The notes beneath the pieces are model-generated. The model was not told the DNA's origin. It searched no databases and saw only the letters and a program-made list of their open reading frames with translations. A stretch of DNA of 64,000 nt from Sphyrna mokarran (taxonomy: Eukaryota), in assembly GCA_024679065.1 (NCBI GenBank), contig JAGIQG010000001.1, positions 153,698,001-153,762,000 of the forward strand. Direction: 5' to 3'. The position numbers and the translations under genes are program-made. Below, in pieces: positions 12,903 through 26,429 of this stretch (its first letter is position 1; each line of letters opens with the position of its first letter).

Positions 12903-12986
12903 CTTCTAAAGTGTGTTGAAGTTCCAACACTTGATTAATCAGTCGTGTCTTCTCTTCTAATTCAACCTGGTTCTCGGGATCAATTA
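12903..12986 (-). CDS. SCOC: SCOC coding exon ((V)IDPENQVELEEKTRLINQVLELQHTLE)
   Basis: 84 nt, phase 1-1. Acceptor tctttcctAG, donor AG/GTAAAT; matches the SCOC coiled coil. Confidence 0.97.
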
Positions 12987-13899
12987 CTAGGAAAGATTAC
13001 ATAACTTTTATAAGTCAAAAATCATGATTTAGAAGTGCTCAAAAAAAAAATTCCAACTCATTGAAAATAAATGTTGCCTTCTTCATTATTTTCCTCTCTC
13101 TTTATTATGTGATACTTTACACAGCCAGTTATGATGCTTGCAAAGTGAAATCTAAAGCTTTTTAGTTTAATTCTTTTTAACCCCAGCAAATCTATGCTGC
13201 ATTCGTTCCTAATATCAAATAGTTGACGTGTTGCAGATTTCCCCTATAATTAAAAGAATTAAATCTGCATACCTTCCCAAACACTGACTGCAATCCCAAA
13301 TTCACTGAGGAAAGCACCAACATTAGTTTGTCCTATTAATAGGAGGGCTGAAATCACTGACCTTCACAGAAAATTGCAATCTCAAGTTACAACACTTTAT
13401 CACCACATTTATTTAAAGTCAAAATGAACATCTGAGATCACCAAGAATCAGTTAACCCCAAAAGATTACAATGCAACCATGGCACCTACACAAAGACCTG
13501 AACCAAACTCTAATGTTCACATCATGACATTTTTATATTAAAAAGAACGATATAAAATTTGTGTACATGTTGAAGGTGCAACACTCGCAGCTCAGATGAC
13601 TCCTCAAGTTTACAAAATCACTCAAATTCAACACAATCAATCAGTAGAGGGATATTTATTCCATTTGCTCGATAATATCAGTATTTTAATTAGGCAAGCT
13701 TTTTAAAAGATTTCCAGAACATTACTGTTATCAAGTTCAATTGCATCTTTGATTTTGACAAACTTTGACTTTGTTTATTTTACATCTGGGCTCAGGCCTA
13801 CAGCACATCCACATAACGGTGTCATTTCCAAAAATTCAACTTTCTGGCGAAGTAATTTATAAAGCTGCAAGTGTAACATTCAAATTTAGGGTCCAGCAC

Positions 13900-14140
13900 A
13901 TATATATAGGAACTACTTTTCATAGAGAGTGGTGAATATGTGGAAATCACTGCTCCATAGTGCAGTGGAGTCTGAATCATTAAATGGTTTTAATAAAGAG
14001 ATAGAAAAAAAAACAGATTAAAAGGGATATGGGAAACAGGTCAGGAGATGGATTTGAGACCAAGGAGAGATCAGCCATGATCTGATTGAACAGGCTGAAA
14101 GGGCTGAATTGTCTACTTCTGCTCCTAATTCCTATATCCA
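13900..14140 (+). mobile_element. CR1 3' fragment in SCOC intron
   Basis: AGAGAGTGGTGAATATGTGGAA and ..GATCAGCCATGATC..GGGCTGAATTGTCTACTTCTGCTCCT terminal motif. Confidence 0.75.
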
Positions 14141-16379
14141 TGTCAACAATTAGCTTCCATTCTCATTGGTGCTATTTGAGGTGCAGCAGGAGAAATTACA
14201 ACTTTTCCACAAAAAGGTAAATGTACAGCATATTACTCAGGGCTGTTTCCACACACATCTTACAATCAATTCTAGAACAGTTATAACAAGAAGCCTCACA
14301 GCAGAGTGCCTGTTGACCTGCTCAGCTGGATGTAGCACAAGACTGGGCATTTTTCATTTAAATGTCTTTTTACGTCCCATTCAACTTCAGGAAAACCTTT
14401 TCCAAAGGTCTCTATATGTTTTTGATTTGAATTCAGATATCCTTTTGTCAATACTTCCAAGTTGTTGAATTAGGTTAGTTAATATAATTTACTTAAAATA
14501 GTATTGGATCCTCATATCTTCAATTTCTGTCTACACCATGTGGATACAAGAAAAGAAAAACAAGATATCAAATAAAAAGTCAAATACCTACATTGGATCT
14601 TAATACTCACTTGATTATAAAGCATGTACTCCATTTCTACAGCAGAATTGCTTCCATTGAAGTCATACCTTTGCTGTTATTTGTACCTCATTAACCGTGC
14701 CAGAAAATTAGTGCCTTCAGTGTTAAGTACAGGAGTAACAAAGCTGGAGGATAGGTACAAAATAAACTTGAAAAGCTAGCCCAGAAGTTATTTTGGAGTT
14801 GTACAAGGCCCAGGTTAGACCTCATTTAGCTGTTGTGAAATGTATCTTAGGAAGAATATATAGTATATATATTAGGGACTACAAGGATTCAAGAAGGTGT
14901 CTCACCATCAGCTTCGAGGACAATTTGGAATGGACATCAAAAATGCTGGTCTAGACAGTGATACCCACATTCCATGAAAGAATAAAAAGAATTTAAAGGA
15001 TAAAGTATTTAACATTTATTAAAGGATTTGACAGTTCTATTTTATTGATTTTATTATCTGTGGTAGAAGAGTATAGGATAGGAGTGGGTGGTGGGAATAA
15101 CTTTAGGATTAGAGCCAGGATGCACCTTTTCAGATAAAAAAAGGTAGTGAAAACGGGAAAAAATCTCCTTCAAAAACTGTTGCAACTAAGTTGATGGAAA
15201 GTTTCAAAACAATTGCTAGATTTGTATTAGGCAACAGTGCAGTAACTCCTTGCTTAACATTTTAGTTGTGTTTTTGAAAAGTGCAACTTAAATTAATCAA
15301 GTAAATCACATTTTCCCATTCCAATCAACGTAAAAGATGTAATTAGCTTCTGTAGCACCTTTCTCATCAGAAAATATGAAAACATTATACCATGCAAGTT
15401 TAAATACCGTATATTACAAAATTTGTGCTTGAAAATATTAGCATATTTTAATTCTATTTGTCTCCCACTTGCTAACCATTTTGCTTGTGCCCTTGAACCC
15501 TTGCTGACAGCTCGCTTGGGAGAGAAGTAGCAAGAGGTAGGAAGCAAGTGAGGGAGTGAGTGAAGTGGCCAGCAGAAAAATGGGGGCAATGGTGACAGGC
15601 AGTCAGCAGGAGGATTGGCGAGTTGCATGGGCGACAAGCAGAAAGGTCAGGGAGTATAGCAGCAAGCGAGAGAATCAGGGGACCAGTTGGACAGTGAGCT
15701 GAACACTCTGGGAACAGGGGCTAAGTCCAGAACAGGAGGGGCCACTCCAAAATAGCACCAAACAGGTCATGCATTACTTAGACCCCCAGCAAAAAACACT
15801 AAAATGAAAATCCTGATGTTAAATTCACATACTGGCTGATTACATCCATGAATTTAAAGTAGAATAACTGGGGCATTTACAGAACCAAGCTGAATAGATG
15901 GGAGCTACGATACACATCAGCCAGCCGTGAACTAACTTAATGGTGGACCAGGCTGGAGGAGCTGCATGGTCTACTCCTGATCCTGTGCTCCACAGACCAG
16001 CTATTCTTAAATTGCTCGCTTGTGGTGGAATTCAAACTGGCAGACCTATCTTCAGATCACCAATAAACATTATAATTTTGCTAGAAATCAGAGTCAAAGG
16101 TAACACACAGTCTTTTAGGGGGAACTCTGATGCCACTACCCACAACTATTACCAGGTTGAATTTATCGGATTGTGTCAAAAAGTCCTCTTATCTCATAGA
16201 TAGTCTGATGGATAAATTGACTTTTCTAAAAGCGAATGAAGGAGATAGCTCTACATTTGCATCTCAGTCTTATCTTTCCATTTTTGCCTTTGAACTGCTG
16301 ATTGCAGACAACTTACAAGGTTCAATTTGTCTCCTCTAATTGGATAAATAAAGATCTCTCAGCACTTCAAAAAAAGTAT

Positions 16380-17235
16380 AAGTTTGGAAATTAGGAGGAG
16401 TGAATCAAGGATAATGGAATAATGGGAGACGTTAATGCTCAAAAAGCCAGGGTAAACCAAATAAGCAAAAGCAGCTTGGAAATCAAGGTCCTAATATATT
16501 ATTTGAGACAGATTTCTAAAACAATTTGTTATGGTAGAGAACAGGTTATTTAGCTCTAGAATTGTATAATGAGGCAAGTTCATTAGTAAATTTTATAAGA
16601 TGTCCTCTTGAGAAGTATCATAATATTAAGAATGTTATATTAAGTCGAATGGTGATTAATTCCAAAATTAGGGTAATAAATCTAAACAAAGTTAATTACA
16701 AACAAATCAGAGGCAGTCGGATCAGTGAGATTGGGAATTTAGATTTAAAAAAAATGATGGAAGATAAAGGTACAGCAGACATTTAAAGAAAAAAATACCA
16801 AAAAATATATGTTCCAAAAACCACGACTGGATAAACAGTTCAATCATGTATCTTAGAGAAGTTAAGGATGGCATCAGATTAAAAAAAGAGGCAGATTACA
16901 ACATTGCTAAAAAAAATTCAAAGTCTATAAACTTAAGGAATGCCAAAGAATTTATAAATGAAAAACCAAGATTTTAAATGAGTGATTAATTGATAAGGAA
17001 ACATACAAGAGAAACTAACAGAACCAAAAGTCAATTAATTCCCTGACTAGATGACCAAGCAACATGCCCATGTTTGCTGACAATACAAAACAAGGTGGGA
17101 AAGTAAAGTCAGCTGTGAGAAGAGAAACAGACCACAGAGGTATAGGCTGGTTAAGTGTCTAGGCAAGAAGATGGCAGATGAAGCAAAATATGGGAAATAC
17201 TTTGGTAAGAATTAATAAAAATTAATAATAGAAAT
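16380..17235 (+). mobile_element. Highly decayed CR1 ORF2 fragment
   Basis: TTTGCTGACAATACAAAA (FAD.TK) and GATGGCAGATG (WQM) remnants. Confidence 0.55.
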
Positions 17236-17254
17236 GCAGATTTTTTTTTAAAAA

Positions 17255-17545
17255 AAAATCATAAAATCCCTAGAGAGAAGGAAGCCTGCACCAACAAATG
17301 GGCCTCATCTCCATAACTCCACCTATTCACCCTGTTAAAGCCCCTGATACTGAGGGGCAATTTACCATGGCCAATCAACCCAACTTGCACATCTTTGGGC
17401 AGGAGAAGGAAACCAGAGCACCCTGAGGAAACCCACACCACGCAGGCACCAAGGAGAACATGCAAACTCCACACAGTCACCTGAGGCTGGAATTAAATCC
17501 AGGCCATTGGCACTGAGGCAACAGAGCTAACCAATGTGCCACACA
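17255..17545 (-). mobile_element. HE1-type V-SINE
   Basis: Reverse V-domain GTGTGGAGTTTGCATGTTCTCC..GGGTTTCCTCAGGGTGCTCTGGTTTCC, with tRNA-like head and CR1 tail. Confidence 0.85.
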
Positions 17546-17599
17546 TTGAACATTAGGGTATTCTTCAACATGAAACTGATGAAGTGTGAAGTGCAAAAG

Positions 17600-20340
17600 T
17601 TTGGGGAGGAGAGGAGGGAAGTACTCTCTCTTTTTACTTTTTCACCTTGTAGGAATTAATTTCTGCTCTAGTACAGGGAAGGAAGTGAGCTGTTGGTGAA
17701 TAACTGGTCAAGATTCATTTTCCTAAGGTTTAATATAGTACTGGAATTTATAATAATATTAATAAATATATAAAAGAAAATATGTTGAATAAAATAATTC
17801 AGTATTTAATTCAGGAGGCGATTACACCCTTTAGGAAAGGATCTCCTGGTTGGAAAGTGGTCAGGGACAGAAAGGTGCAGGTAAGGGAACCGAAGGGCAG
17901 GAGTGTCAACTTCTGCAACTGTCCAACACAACTGAATGTTTTTCCAGCTTGTTTGGATGGGTCTGAGGGCTGCAGAGTGGATAAGCTGACTGACCATGGC
18001 ACTTAACAACAGGAGCCATTTAAATGGCAGGAGGACACAAAAACGTAGTGGAGTAGTTGACATTGTCCTCTATAGCATGGCTTTGTTGTCCTGAATCCTG
18101 ACACCAGACAGACATCTACTCAGGGCTAAAGAATCTACTCAGGGCAGTAGGAGAAGGATCCAGTGCTTTTGCTCCATGTGGGTACCAATGACATAGGCAG
18201 AATGAGGAAAAGGTTTTGCATAGTCATTTTGAAGAGCTAGGCACCAAATTGAAAGAGTCTCAAAAGATAATAGTTTGTGGAAAATGTTGTAGACCAGTTC
18301 AAAGCCCTGTAAGGACTTAGCAAGCCAATGCCTGAGATAGACCCACATTTGGACAGCCCTATCCAAGTACAAATCGAAGAATAAATCAGCAAAGAAGGCT
18401 GGATACCTTAAAAATAAAGAGGACAAAACTAAAAGTTCTGCATCCAAATACACATTGCATTAGAAATAAAACAGATGAACTGATAGTAAGACATTATGGA
18501 GAAAAGGCTTTAGAATAACAAAGATTGAGATCTGAATATTGAGATTATGCAACATTGGGGAAGGACAAGAAGTTAGGAAAAGTTGGAGGGATGGCTCTGT
18601 TAACTAATGATGGTATTGGTGCATTGGACAGAAATGCATCAAGTTCAGGAAATCACAATATAGAAGTAGTGTGTGTTAAGATGAGAACTGATAAAATCAA
18701 GAAGTCATTTGTGGCAGTAGTATACAGGCCTCCTTTTAACTAAAGCTTAGCGCAGAGACAATGGGAACTTGTGATAATCAGACGGGATTTTAATCTACAT
18801 AAAGACTGAATGTCAGGTGAGCAAAAATGATGTAAATGAGGAATTAATAGAATGTTTCTGGGATAGTTTCTGTTGCCAGGACTTGAGAAACTGAGTTATA
18901 GAGAAAGGTTGAAAAGGTTAGGACTTAATTTCCTGGAGTGCAGAAGAATGAGGGGAGATTTGATAGATAGAGTGAATGCAAGCAGGCTTTTTCCACTGAG
19001 ACTAGAGGAAAACAAAGTAGAGGGCATGGGTTAAAAGTGAAGAGGGAAAAAATTTAAGGGGAATATTAGAGGGGGCTTCTACACAGAGTGATGAGAGGGG
19101 TGTGTTGGGATATGGTCCAGGTGAGGTCAGTGGGACTAGGCAGAAAAATGGTTCAGCACAGCCAAGAAGGGCCACAAAGCCTGTTTCTGTGCTGTAATGT
19201 TCCACGGTTCTAAGAAAATGTTCTGGAGCCAACCAGAAGGCAGGCTGTATGAGACCTGGTATTGTGCAATGAGATAGGATTAATTGATAATCTCAGTGAA
19301 GGCACTCCTAAGTAGTAGCAGCACTCACAACATGATTAAATTTTACTTTTAGTTTCAGGAAGGTAAGATACAGGGAGTTGGCATAAATGGGTATTTTTCT
19401 GGTTGGCAGGATGTGACAAGTGGTATGCCGCAGGGATCAGTGCCAGGGCCTCAACTTTTTAAAATTTATATAAATGACTTGGATGAAGGTATGGTTGCTA
19501 AATACGATGGTGACACAAAGATAAATAAGGAAGTAAACTGAGGTAAAGAGGCGACAGACAGACAGATAACTTAAGAGAACAGGCAAAAATCTGACAAATT
19601 CAGTATAATATGGGTAAATACAAAATTATCTATTTTGGCAGAAGAATAAAAAAGCTCTTACTTTAATGGTGAGAGATTGTAATGCTCTGAGGTGTAGAAG
19701 GATCTGTATCCTAGTACATTAATCATAAAAGGCTAGTCTACGACAACAGTAAGTAATTAGGAAGCTAATAGAATGATATTGTTTACTGTGAGGGGAATTG
19801 ATTATAAAAGTAGGGAGATTACGCTTCCGTTGTGCAGGGCATTAGTGAGATCATAACTAGAGTACTGGTCTCCTTATTTAAGGAATTATGTAAATATGTT
19901 AAAAGCACTTCACAGAACGTTTACTAGATTAATACCAGAAAGATCTTATGACAAGAGGTTCGAGAGGTTAGGTTTGTATTCATTAGAGTTTAGACAGGCA
20001 AGAGGCAACTTGATTAAAATTTTAAGATCTTGATGGATACTGAAAGGGTGGATGTGGAAAGAATATTTGCTCAGATAATCTAGAATTAGAGGTTGTTCAT
20101 TTAAGGTAGAGATAAAAAAAATTTTCAATTCTTTCTGGAACACTGCTTTTTGAGGAAGAGTATTTGAATTTTTTTTAAGACAGAATTCAATAGGTTCTTG
20201 ATTAACAAGGGATGAAGGGTCATCAGGTGTAGGCAGAAATGTGAGGCTGGGGTTACAATCAAATCAGCCATGATTTTATTGAATGGTGGAACAGACCTGA
20301 GGGGCTGAGTGGCCTACTTCTGCTCTTAGTTTGCATGTAA
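17600..20340 (+). mobile_element. Decayed long CR1 (ORF1 remnant, APE, RT, 3' end) with a CR1 3' fragment nested at about 18872-19215
   Basis: APE motifs KVGGMALL and VVYRPP (ORF 18555-18743), RT remnant VTSGMPQGSV at about 19415, terminal motif GGCCTACTTCTGCTC at about 20315. Confidence 0.75.
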
Positions 20341-20344
20341 CACT

Positions 20345-20980
20345 GACAGTTAAGATGCAGCTACTGCAAACTATTAGGAAGGCAAATAAATGTTAGTTTT
20401 TTTGACAAGAGAGTACTGATGTACATTAACAAGGAAGTTTTACTGAGACCACATCTAGAATACTATTTTGGTCACCTTACTGGAAGGATATATTTGCCTT
20501 AAGCAAGGATGCAAAAAAAAAAAAAATCACTAGGCTGACTTTCGGAATGAGAGGGTTGTCCAACAAGAAAAGTTGAGGAGAATGGGTGTCTATTCTCTGG
20601 CATTCAGAAGAATGAGAAGTGATCTTACTGAAACCGAAAATTGAGGGTTTGCCAGGGATAATGTTGAGAGGTTGTTTCCCTTTAACAGGAGGGTCTAGAT
20701 TTAGGGGCATAGACTCAAACAAAGGGGTTGGCCGTTTAGGCCTGAGGCCAGGAAAAATGTCTTCAGAGGCTTGTGAATCATTGTAATTCTCTATCTCGTA
20801 CAGCTGTGGGTGCTGAGTTATTGAATATATTCACTATGGAAATCAACAGATTTTGGAACAACAGTGGAATCAACAGATGTGGACAGGGCAGGAAAGTAAA
20901 ACTGATCTTACCTTGATCTGACTGAAGAGCAGAGCAGCTGCAAGAGGCTTAACGGCCTATTCCTGCACCTATTTATTTTG
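20345..20980 (+). mobile_element. CR1 3' fragment
   Basis: GAGACCACATCTAGAATACT (RPHLEY) and terminal GGCCTATTCCTGC. Confidence 0.7.
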
Positions 20981-21456
20981 TCAACAATCCTTCCTCATTC
21001 AACTTTTTTAAAAAAATGACTAGGTTATTCATTTCCTTGCTGTTTATCAGATCTTGTCAAGTCCAAAACTCCTTAGTATATAAAGGTAGACAATTTTTAG
21101 AGACCAGTTTTTGCCTGGACATCACTACTTAAGCAGCACTACTGTGCTGCTTAAGGATTGACTAGCAAGCTGCTAATTTGAACTTCACATTCCACTAGCA
21201 ATCTAAAGCATCAGAGTCCATCCTGGGCTCAGATAAAAGACTTGGTCGCTGAAAGGTAATTTTTGGGCCAAGGAATGGCAAAGGATATCAGCTGCTTTTG
21301 TATGAACTTTGACAATTCCAACCTCCATCCATTTAAGAAAAGATGCTTGGATGAAGGGAGTAGTAGTAAATGCGCTTCTTTTTGAGGAAGTACATTACAG
21401 GAAGAAGGGGATTGGATTGAACTTTGAAAGTCAATAATAGCCAATTTATATCATAC

Positions 21457-21528
21457 CTTCCATATCTGCATTCATCATGAATTGTTCACAGTCGGGTTTT
21501 GAATCAGAAATGGTCAATCCAGAATCTA
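21457..21528 (-). CDS. SCOC: SCOC coding exon ((V)DSGLTISDSKPDCEQFMMNADME); holds the ATG of the short isoform at 21478
   Basis: 72 nt, phase 1-1. Acceptor ttttttcatcAG, donor AG/GTATGA; MMNADM is the known start of the short SCOC form. Confidence 0.93.
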
Positions 21529-21589
21529 CTGATGAAAAAAATTAAAGATATAAAATGATACAGATAGCAGAAAATTTTACATCAGTTTC

Positions 21590-21995
21590 TCTAAGTGCTC
21601 AAGTGGCAAATATCCCACCATGTAGTCCTTATAAAAGGACAAAAGTCCTTGGTTTAATCCCTAGTCTCTGCTAAATTAACAGACTTTAATACTAAAGCAG
21701 TGATGGAAGTATTGTTTTCAAATATCATTTGGAACAGCAGTTGAATTCAGCATCTATATTGAGGGAGAGAAAATCATTAACAATTGTTGCCCACTCCTGA
21801 TCACTATCCAATAGCTCTTGCTGGAATGTGTTGAGAAGTATCAGGTGACAACAGGATTCAGCTGTGGTGTCCTCTTCACATCAAAAAGCCTGTCAACACC
21901 CACTATCTAGACTCAAACTAATGCCAGCTGGGAAGTTACCAAAATGTCTTCTACTTCTTGGCAGACTCAAATCTCAGCCAGCACCTTGAATAAAA
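21590..21995 (+). mobile_element. Ancient tRNA-derived SINE-like element
   Basis: A-box-like TGCTCAAGTGG and B-box-like GGTTTAATCCC, followed by a degenerate body (CTCCTGATCACTATCCA). Confidence 0.4.
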
Positions 21996-22924
21996 GAGGA
22001 ATGTTAGTTTTCTATAACATGAAGTGGTGGACTTTCTTAAAAAAATTACTTTTCAAAGCCAAATAGGCATTGAAATCACACTAGCGCTAATCAACATAGC
22101 TCCTCGTCTCCAAAAGGAAAGTGGCAACAAACTCCAGAGGAATAAAATCATTAATAACACTTCAAATATAAGCATTAAAAAAAAATGAATCAACTAGCAG
22201 AGACCAGGAGGGTGGGGAATAAGTTTTAGTTCATTCAGCAAACAACTATCCACCACATGGAAATAAATGTTGTTCTGTCAATGCCTGCAGCAGATCTGCA
22301 AGCAAGTACCTAGCCTAGCTTCTAGATCTAACAGGGGGTTGGCGCAGATTAGTCAACTGATTAAAAAGTTATGATTCTCTCTCATCAGGTACAAGATTAA
22401 AAACAAACCACTTGTTTGCAAAATGAAAAAAGGTTCTTTGATCCACAAATATTCCACTGGTTCTTCTGGAAGTGGATTCTGAAAATTAAATTGCTGAGTT
22501 TGAGTAGAAAAGAATGTTAACATCATCCTATTGTCTATGGAGTACACGTTTAAAAATACAATAGCAATAATCCTAAAGTGAAAGTATCCATTTAGCATGG
22601 ACAAACTTCAATGTTAATTTTGTGTTATCTTGAATCATGTCGTTGTCTTAGTCAGTGAATTACTTCCATTCCCAGATTCTGCTGCTTAGTTTTCATCCTT
22701 CCATACTTGTCTCATATAACACTACACCAGCCTTCCAAACAAAAAACCTTTATTCCCTTCAATATCTGCTCCACCAAAACTGGTTGCGAAAACCTTTAAG
22801 AAAAATGGTAGGTAAGTTAGTGCAAGACAATAAATCAAATACTCAGGGAAACCACTACTCATACACGCGCATTGGAATGATCAGCAGCAAGAAATCCCAT
22901 AACACCAGTTTATTTCTTTCTGTT

Positions 22925-22960
22925 TTACCCCAGTCTAACGCTGGCATCTCCACATCATGA
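22925..22960 (+). mobile_element. Terminal fragment of the Penelope-derived element family
   Basis: TTACCCCAGTCTAACGCTGGCATCTCCACATCAT is the near reverse complement of 54622-54655. Confidence 0.6.
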
Positions 22961-25261
22961 CCTGTCAGCACCATTTTTCCCGCACTAGAGCTTGCAAACG
23001 GGAGAGAACATTGCTCCCAATATAAAACAGGTCACCTCAGCTACCAGACAGAAACAGAAGGAGTAGGTGTTTAAAATGGAATGTCTGCTGATACTAAAGG
23101 TTCATGTATTAGTCATTAGGTTTACATTAACACTGCAATAAAGTTACTGTGAAAATCCCCTAGTCGCCATGCTCCAGCATCTGTAAATCTGCTGATGTGT
23201 TTTTGTGCAGAGGTAACATGCCTCATGAGCCAATTATGGAAGTCAAGCTTTCAAATGCAACTTTCCATTGCTTTCCTTTAGAATGGTGATTAGATTAGTT
23301 AACTCACTCATTTGCATATGATCAGAAAGAACACAAACAATAAACAAAGAGGGTTTAACAAATCAGCAGACGATTACAACATTCAAGGAAGGAGGGGATG
23401 TAATCTAGCATTTTGTAGTACAAGAGTTCTTCAGTACCAATAATTTATGAAGAAATATTGAAGAAAACATTAGTGCGTTGTTTTGGTTTAGTATAAAAGC
23501 TCACCCTCCATCTGGCTCATTGGATTGCATACTTATTGTAACCAAGGTCCAATTAGGTTTTATCACCTCAAACATTTAACTTGCAAGACCTTTATTTAAT
23601 ACTAAAATGCATGAAGCATTAAAATACCTGATTTGCTGACAGAATGCACATTTTCTGCTTACTCTTGAACAGAATGCTCAGGAGAGGAATAGGTCAACTG
23701 AATTCTGATGTATTTCAGCTTGCCGCAAACTCAAAAACTGGAGGACACGAACTTAAGCTTAGCAGGAAGCTGCACCTACAAGTTTAGGCTTAATTACTTT
23801 ATTCAGGGGGTGGTGTGCTGAATAACAATGAAAATAGATTATATGCAAAAAGATTGAAGGAATAATTGATCACCTGAGGGAGGTTGGGTGGGGGGCGGTT
23901 TGGACAAGAGAGCAATTAGCTTTTTTGAGTTTGCCCAGATAATCTATATTTTCCCCAGCAGGAACCAGCCACCACAGAGAGTCTGCAAAGGGTAGAATGG
24001 AAATCTGAACATTGATGTGTTGTTGAACTGTATTTGTCTGGAATATGTCACTGATGGAAGAGCACAGGAGGATGAAAGAGTTAATGCTGAAGGTTTCTGG
24101 TTGGGCAATAAAAGTTTTCAGAGGATCACAGGAATTGATTTCTTTTTTTGTATTCTCGACATGCAGCCACATCCAAGATAATTTTTAAAAGTGGATTCCC
24201 CTTTCCTGCTTCACTCGTCTCACTATCATCCCTCATACCAACTCTTAAAAGGATAGTGCTCTATAGATACCGTGAGACTTTCAAGATAAAGAAGTGGTGG
24301 GAGCTCAGTGGAGTCCGATCCTCACCTCTCTTGTCCACATGCACCTTGAAGCAGGAGCTGACTTCTCCTCCCTGGAAGAATCAGGTGAAACAAAGGCTGG
24401 ACAGGGGAGGCATGATTGTTAATGTTGAGTTCCTGGGGGTAAGAGAGGTGCTGAACTCACAGTACTGGTAATAGGAGGGGACAGTGATTTTCAGATGGGG
24501 AAGCAAGATGAGGGAGGGTGGTAGGTCCAGGATGAAAGTCTAGTAAGTGAAGATTTCATCAAGTGACTTGGATAATGGGAGGGGGCAGGGCCATAGTGAC
24601 CATGGGGAAAGTAATGGGTGTTTGTACTGAGGGAGGGATGTCATGCAGATTATGGTGGGATCCAGAGTGGTGGTGGTGGGGGCGCAGGGGAAGAAAGTTC
24701 AAGTGTTACACAGCAGACAGGAATAGTGATCTTATGTGGATCTATAGTGATTGTGAGCAAGGGGTTGCCAAAATTGACAAGCAATTTTCCAAACTGACCT
24801 TGACCACACAGTTAGTCAGTCAGCATGATCCCTGGAGATGAGTGGATTGAAGATAGTTGACTGAAGAGACACTCTCAAAATCAATGAGGCAACAGGATGT
24901 CAAAGTTGCCCAGTTGTCTTCTCCTCTCAATTGTAATGCCCACATTGTAGTCAGTTTTTTCCCCTGACTCATGGATCCCATCACACTCCAGAAAAGCGTG
25001 GAGCTGCCGTTCATTTTTGCTTTGCCATTATGTCAGTCAGAGGCAGAAATGAAGAGAAATAGAATGGCTCAAATGGAAGGACAGCCAATTCATAATTCTG
25101 AACCTCCATCGTCAGGGGTAAAATGATCACGCAGTTAGGTTTTTATACTGCCAAGTTAGTGGTCTACGGAATTGGAGAGTGTTGAGAAAACAGAGAAGTA
25201 TCCACATGAGACTTCTTGCAATTGGTGCTCATCACCCTGGCCAAAGCAATGTCACATTAAG

Positions 25262-25400
25262 AAATCTCACAGCACCAGGTTAAAGTCTAACACATTTATT
25301 TGGTAGCACAAGCTTTCGGAGCACTGCCCCTTCAAATAAACCTGTTGGACTTTAACCTGGTGTTGTGAGACTTACTGTGCCCACTCCAGCATCTCAACAT
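25262..25400. mobile_element. Penelope-derived foldback element
   Basis: 38-bp inverted arms (25265-25302 / 25333-25370, 34/38 matched) around a partial hammerhead. Confidence 0.75.
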
Positions 25401-26260
25401 TAAAGAAACATCTCCATATGCATTCATGTATGTTCACAAATCTCTGGTTCTCCACCAGGGAACCTTTACTTGGAAGGAATGGGGTGAGTATATCAATGCA
25501 TAGGATTTATGGCAGGAAACTTATAAAGAATACGTTCACTTCAATTTGTTTACACATCCTCTGAGGAGTTGATGAGAAGCTGCACAAATTTCTGTCTTGG
25601 TAATGGCTTGCACTCAGATGAGGAGGAGGAGGACCTCGTCACCAATTGGCACAAGGCCAGGAGGAGAAAGAGCCTGTGCAGCAAGAAGCAGCACAGCCTC
25701 CATAAAGTCAGGAGACTGGTGAACATGTACCAAAGCAACGGCAAGCATTGACCCCATCACACACATGTTGCCATTGGTGTTTTTATGAACAAAAGGTAAC
25801 ACTCAAGAACCCTTCTATGTCCTGGGATGTGGTTGTTCACATCAGCTATGTTCTCCACTGTAAGCTGCAGCCACAAGGACTCCAGATGGTAATCCGAACC
25901 TCCTGAACTGCACTGAGCGTATGGCTGTCTAGGAGTTATTTAAATATGGCATCGGGACTTTTGACCCCATGAGGTAACAGCAGGGTGACTCCTTGCCCAC
26001 CCAGTCATAAAATTCACTGAGCTCCTCACAAATGCATAATCGATTAGCTTAGAAGATCGGGTGTTCACCTACTCCACCACTCAGCAAGAATCGTGCCAGC
26101 TATCCTGTCTGCCGAAACTCCACAATGGACAATTCCACCCAATCTACACAAATTTAATCACCACCTTGCCTGAGATCAGTTAGAAGCACAGATAGGAAGA
26201 TGATGCCTTGGGCTTTACTGCTCAAGATATCTCAGCTGCTCACAACACTACACCCCCATT

Positions 26261-26420
26261 ATCACTTCTTGGCCTTTTGGGTCAGGAGTAAGCCTGCGAT
26301 CAGATGCAATGCCTGTTCCTGTCATATCTCTCTTGTGGGACCATGAATGGGATTCACTTTGATTTTGAATTGGTTTCTGGAGTAAGCAAGGTAGATTAAG
26401 GGTTGCCCTATCCACTCTGG
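26261..26420 (+). pseudogene. Diverged U2 snRNA homologue / U2-derived element
   Basis: First 20 nt match the U2 5' end at 18/20. 26298-26324 matches U2 GATCAAGTGTAGTATCTGTTCTTATCA at 19/27. The Sm-site and stem III region is collinear up to TCCACTC at 26417. Confidence 0.75.
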
Positions 26421-26429
26421 CTTTGTAAC

